In this document: positions 58,640 to 64,000 of the stretch, piece by piece
Position numbering within the stretch: position 1 is the first letter of the stretch
How the letters are laid out: each line of letters starts with the position of its first letter
DNA from: Mobula hypostoma
Lineage: Eukaryota
Assembly (NCBI RefSeq): GCF_963921235.1
Contig: NC_086098.1
Location: 237,336,001-237,400,000 of the forward strand
Direction: 5' to 3'
Length of the DNA stretch: 64,000 nt
Made by a program: the position numbers and the translations under genes
The notes under the pieces: generated by a model
What the model saw: only the letters and a program-made list of their open reading frames with translations
What the model was told of the DNA's origin: nothing
Databases searched by the model: none

Positions 58640-61239
58640 TCTTCCGGAGAAATATATTCAGCGAGCGCCCAAAATTCCGACCGAACCGCGCGCTGTTCTG
58701 CAAACACAGTGAGCTGCTCCGGTTCCAACGTTTGAAAATCGTAATCTCCGGGTCTGTCTATTAACTGCGATCTTAATGGATGGGAGGAGCCTGGGACAGG
58801 ATGGGGGCGGAGACTGCGTTTCCAAAGGACAGGTCAGCCAGCATCTACGTAGGGAAATGGACAGTCGCCGTTTTGTCAGTGAAATATTCAGGCCTCGAAC
58901 AAGACTATGAAAATAGCCGGACAAGGCAGGTATGAGTAACATTCGTGCCAGGCAATGGCCGCTTTCAACAGCAACGAATCAGACCAATCATGCCTTGATA
59001 TCGAATCACCTCACATCCACTTTGTTGAATATTTCGCCGTCATTGTCCAGTGGCGACTACTGAACGGAAAGCATTCGATTCATTAAATTGAGTTTTTTAA
59101 ATTAGGCCGTTATCAAAGGTTAGAGCTCATGAAATTCAATGTTCGAAGTAAATTTACTATCAGAATACGTACACGTCATCATGTACTAACCTGAGATTCA
59201 TTGTCTTGTGGACATTCACAGAAAATATAAAGAAATGCAATGGAATAAATGAAAAAGTAAACACTAAGGCGGACAAACAATTGAGGAGCAAAATAAGACA
59301 AACTGTGCAAATAGAAACAAACAAAACAAGTAAATACATACATAAATAAATGGATCAATAATCAAAACAGATAAATAACGAAGTAGTAAATAAATGAATA
59401 CATGAATGAATAGATTAATATATAGATAAATGGANNNNNNNNNNNNNNNNNNNNNNNNNNNNNNNNNNNNNNNNNNNNNNNNNNNNNNNNNNNNNNNNNN
59501 NNNNNNNNNNNNNNNNNNNNNNNNNNNNNNNNNNNNNNNNNNNNNNNNNNNNNNNNNNNNNNNNNNNNNNNNNNNNNNNNNNNNNNNNNNNNNNNNNNNN
59601 NNNNNNNNNNNNNNNNNNNNNNNNNNNNNNNNNNNNNNNNNNNNNNNNNNNNNNNNNNNNNNNNNNNTGGTGTCCTTCAGTGTGAATCTATAGGTTGTGT
59701 AATCATTTTAGTATTGAGGTGATTGAAGTAATCTACGCTGTTTCAGGACCCTGGATGTGTGTCTGCAAAGACCAAGGACACGTATCAGATATATCGAAGA
59801 CTTTCCTTGGAAAACTCTCCACTTGCCTGTACCAGCTTCCGCTGCTCTGGGGACAGTCAACAATATCTTAACCTAATGCACTTTCCCCGCACCAGCACTC
59901 AAAAAATGTATAACTTCAAGCAGTGTGGCCCAAGACAAGGTATCCGATTCAGTCATTGGATATTCACGCCTTCTTGCTTATCGCTTACCCTACTGCACTA
60001 ATCCCTGAATTACCAATCCACTGATATCAAAAAATCCATTCCTGAAGGTAGCATCAAGGGTATGCAGGTTGGTGAGGAAGCCTTGTGGTACGACGGCCTT
60101 CGCCAGTTTCGATTTTGGAATGCAATATTGCAAGTGCGTTAGATGTTGGTGAGGCCGCATTTGAAATAATGTTTTCTGTATTAATCAGCTTGCTACTAGA
60201 AAGATTGCATTGTTGAAAAGTGTACAGTAAATATTTAGACCATAGTATATAGGGGGAGAATTAGACTATTTGTCCCATCGAGTGTGCTCGGCTATTTCAT
60301 CATCGCTGATCCAATTTTGCTCAGCCCTAATCTCCAGCATTCTCCCTGCATCACTTCATGCCCTGACCAATCAAGAATCTATCAATCTCTGCATTAAATA
60401 TACAACACATAAAGACTTGGCTTCCACAACTGTCTGTGGAAACTAATTTCACAGGTTCACCACCTCTGGCAAAAAGAAAGGACATCCCTCTATTTTGAGG
60501 CTGTGTCCTCTGGTCTCAAACTGTCCCACCATAGGAAACGTGCTCTCCACATCCACACTATCAATACATTTCAACTTCAGTGAGGTCATCCCCCATTCTT
60601 CTGAGTTCTCGTCAATGAAGTCCTAGAGCCATCAAACGCCCTTCATTTAACGAACCATTAAATCCTAGAAACATTTTTGTAAACCTCCTCTGAACCCTCT
60701 CCAATCTCAGCACATCTTTTCTAAGATAAGGGGCCCAGAACTGCTCACAATACTACAAGTGGGACCTCACAGCACTTTATAAAGACTCAACACTACAATC
60801 TTGCTTTTATGTTCTTGTCCTCTGGAAGAGAATGACAACTTATGAGGATGTTGCGATGACTCCAGGGATTGAGTGACAAGGATAGATCGGTTCAATGGGG
60901 AAGTTATTCCTTGGAGTGTAGGAAAATAAGGAGCAATCTTACAGAACTGTATGCAAATCGTAAGGAGCTGGTAGTTGCACGCACAATAACACCACTTAAT
61001 TAGACAGGTACATGCATTGCAAAGGTTTTTGCGAAATACCGATTCGGGCGACGCAATTACATCTCAAGACGTCAGAATTTGAAGTTCATTCTGACGGCTT
61101 CTGTAAGGAGACTGCAACGTTCATGCCGGGGAATGTGTGGGTTTTCTCCAGATCGTCTGTTTTATTTTCACAGTCCAGAGACGTGCCGGTTCGAAGGATA
61201 ATTAGTCATTGTAAATTGACCCATGATTAGCCTTGGGTT

Positions 61240-64000
61240 TGTGACGAGAGTACACATAGATTAAGATGTTAACTGTCCTGTGCTGGCACCAGTGGGATCA
61301 GCAGTTGGTCTGCCACCTGTCTTCAGGAGAAAGAGAGATAAGGAAAACAATGCAGCAGCATATGGAGATGTTAAAGAAGGAACGGAAGGAGAGCTGTCAA
61401 GATCGGCTCCCCTTTCAACCCTGAACTGTTTGAAGTGATGGACAGGCGATACCCCAGCAGGGGGATAAAAAGGGACAGGTTCGCTAAGGCAACACACACG
61501 ACATCACGAGGTAACGAGACCCTGGAAGCGGTGCGCCTCCCACAAGTCGGTGGGAGTCTTTGGAGGGCTAGTCGCGGGATCAAGCCAGAGACGCACAGAG
61601 TGGAAAGATACCATCGGCGGGAATATGGTGTGTGTCCGCCCTTGCCTGGGTGCCGGGTTCAGCGCTGCGGAAAGATCGTATCTGGAAACGGAGGGGTCAC
61701 AGTCGGTGACCTCAGAAGATATCACAAAGGGCTCGCCCGAAAGCTGACTGCGAAGAATATCGAAGGTCTGTGTGGAAGCCGTTTGAATATTCATTCGTTT
61801 TTGCTCTCTCTCTCCTTCCCCCCACTGTCCATCGCCACGGCAGTGATTACTGTGAACTGAACTGAACTTTGCGTCACTTTGAAACTGGTCATTTACCCCT
61901 AGACGACGATAGAGCCTGATTGATCCTGTTATCTTAATTCTGTGTACATGTGTGTTTATCATTGCTGAACTGTTGCATTTATTATCCTTTTGATAAGAGT
62001 ACTGTGTTGCTCGTTTCTTTAATAAAACTCTCTTCGTTCCAGTAATCCAGACTCCAACTGAGTGATCCATTTCTAATGGTTTGGCAACCCAGTTACGGGG
62101 TACGTAACATAAGTGGGATTCTCGTCCGCAATTTTGAAAGCTAAATTTGGGACAGAGTAAATTGATTGGGTTAAAATTCCAGAAAGAAAGAAAAGACAAA
62201 CAGCAGAAATGGAGATTGAGGAATTTATAAATGCGCCGACCTTGGAGGCATTAGAGGATGCCGGAAAGCGGAATTGGCAGCTGTGGCCAAACGGTTGAAT
62301 CTTGTTAAGGGGAAGTCGACAATGAGGAGAGAGGAGATACACAGGGCTATCGTAGAGCACTATGTATCTAAAGGTGTGTTTCCCCAAGGGGAGCTGGAGG
62401 TCGTGTCTATTGATAAACCTGCTGGAGACGCGGTACAGGTGCAGTTTGAAAAACTGAGACTCAAGCACGAGTTCCGGGTACGGCAGTTAGAACACGAAGA
62501 GAAGCAGTTAGAAAGGCAGGAGAAAGAGAAACAGTTAGAAAGGCAGGAGAGAGAGAGACAGTTGGAGCGAGAAGAGAGGCAGTTGGAGAAACAGAGGGAA
62601 AGGGAATTTGAGCTGGAGAAGTTAAAGATAAGGGCAGAGCAGGGGCCCGTGCCGAACCAAGGTGGAGGGTTCCGGGCGACCCAGGAGGTTAGGCTGGTTC
62701 CCCCATTTGACGATACCGATGTGGATCAGTACTTCCTCCATTTCGAAAAAGTTGCTGCAAGTCAGAACTGGCCGAGGGATAAGTGGGCTGTTTTGTTTCA
62801 GAGTGCACTGAAAGGGAAAGCCCAACAAGCTTACTCAGCTTTGTCCGTGGAAGATGCCCAGAGGTATGAGGTGGTGAAAGAGGCCATCCTCAGGAGTTGG
62901 TCCCGGAGGCATACCAGCAGAGGTTCCGGAACACGAGGAAGCAGTGGGACCGCACGTATTTAGAGTTTGCCCGTGAGATGCAGACATATTGTGAGTGTTG
63001 GTGCGCCTCGAAGGGGGTAGATGGGGATTACGACAGACTGCTACAGCTGATCCTGATTGAGCAGTTTAAAGGTTGTGTCCCTGAGGGTATGAGACGCTAC
63101 CTAGATGAGAAAGAGGCAGCCACGTTAGCCGCAACTGCTAAGTTAGCGGATGAGTATGCGTTGACGCATAAAATGAAGTTTGCCCCGAGTAAAGGCTACC
63201 AGAAGGGTAGTAAGGACGGCGGGGAGAGTCCGCCAGAAAAGTCAGAAAATAAGCCGGGGACTAGTGAGAAGGATAAGGTAGACCGGGAAAAGTCTGGTAG
63301 GAAGTCTCCTGGGGTCGTCTGTTATAATTGTGGGAAAGTCGGACACTTTGCGTCCAGGTGCTTTGCCCCAAAGGAGGAGACGGGAAAAGGAAAAACGGCG
63401 ATTTTGACTGGCTGTATCGAGCTGGTAAACGAACCGTTAGGAGAGGAAAGGTCTGCCAAAGTTCAGGAAGGGCGCGAGAGGTGTATTTCGGCCGGATTGG
63501 TGTTAGTGAAAGAGGGATTAAATCCAGTTCCAGTGCGGATCTGGAGAGACACGGGAGCGTGTCAGTCATTGATATTGAAGAGTGTATTAGAGTTTAGCTC
63601 AGAGACCCAGACTGGGGAGGTCAAGGTCAAAGGTATTGGGGAAGGGACAGAGGCAGTCCCTTTGCACCAGATACACCTAAAAAGCAACTTGGTCTCTGGA
63701 CTAGTCACGATCGGGGTGAGGCCCGAATTACCGATGAAAGGTGTGGAAGTCTTGCTCGGTAATGACCTCGCCGGGGGAATCGTGTTCCCAGCCGTGAGAT
63801 TGACAGGTCAGCCTGCCAGCATTGAGGTCCCGCCCATGGACTCACAGGTTCATCCCGGGACTGCCGAAGTAAATTTAGCTGAGACGTACCAGGAGGAGGT
63901 AGAAAGTGAAAAGAAGGAGTGTAGTGAAACAAGAGGTAGTGAGGGAGCTGAGACAGATTTAGCATTATCCAGGAAAGAATTTGTGCAGGCGCAGGAGCGA
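61240..64000 (+). mobile_element. Gmr1-like LTR retrotransposon, 5' part (LTR 61240-62109, PBS, gag-protease), running off the window end
   Basis: TGTGACG...GTAACA then TAAGTGGGATTCTCGTCCG; gag from ~62209; CYNCGKVGHFASRC; RDTGA. Confidence 0.92.

Noticed and set aside
58705-58745. CACAGTG heptamer near the IgL leader as an RSS
   Set aside because: No ACAAAAACC-like nonamer at 12 or 23 bp spacing, and it lies upstream of the leader rather than at the V end.
61504-62199. 231-aa minus-strand ORF
   Set aside because: Antisense to an LTR; no recognisable domain.
1-64000. CRISPR arrays, rRNA or tRNA genes, prokaryotic systems
   Set aside because: None seen; the sequence is vertebrate and repeat-rich, and tRNA similarity is limited to PBS and SINE fragments.

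Overview
Eukaryotic DNA, most likely from a batoid (ray/skate). This is inferred from the dense CR1 LINEs with (TTCTATG)n tails, HE1/V-SINE-like and Penelope-type repeats, and a germline-joined cartilaginous-fish IgL. The assembly has short N gaps. Most of the window is transposon debris: CR1, Gmr1-like LTR elements, hAT, Tc1, R4/Dong-like and Rex/Babar-like. Embedded in it is a small immune locus. (1) A six-exon gene (+, 18675-24612) encodes leader / germline-joined VJ-type Ig domain / C1 domain / Cys-TM / cytoplasmic tail with an ITIM (ILYASL). It has no RSS, so it is a non-rearranging antigen-receptor-like inhibitory receptor. It is intact except for one extra base, most simply a T in a T-run of the TM exon. 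(2) A convergent, divergent-sequence pseudogene (-, ~35366-28649) has the same exon plan and an ITIM (STYAGL). (3) A germline-joined type I (sigma-cart-like) IgL VJ pseudogene (-, 58639-58090) is cut at the J end by a CR1. (4) Several weaker Ig-exon relics suggest an old array of head-to-head receptor pairs. Exon boundaries and translations were read by hand; no database searches were run.
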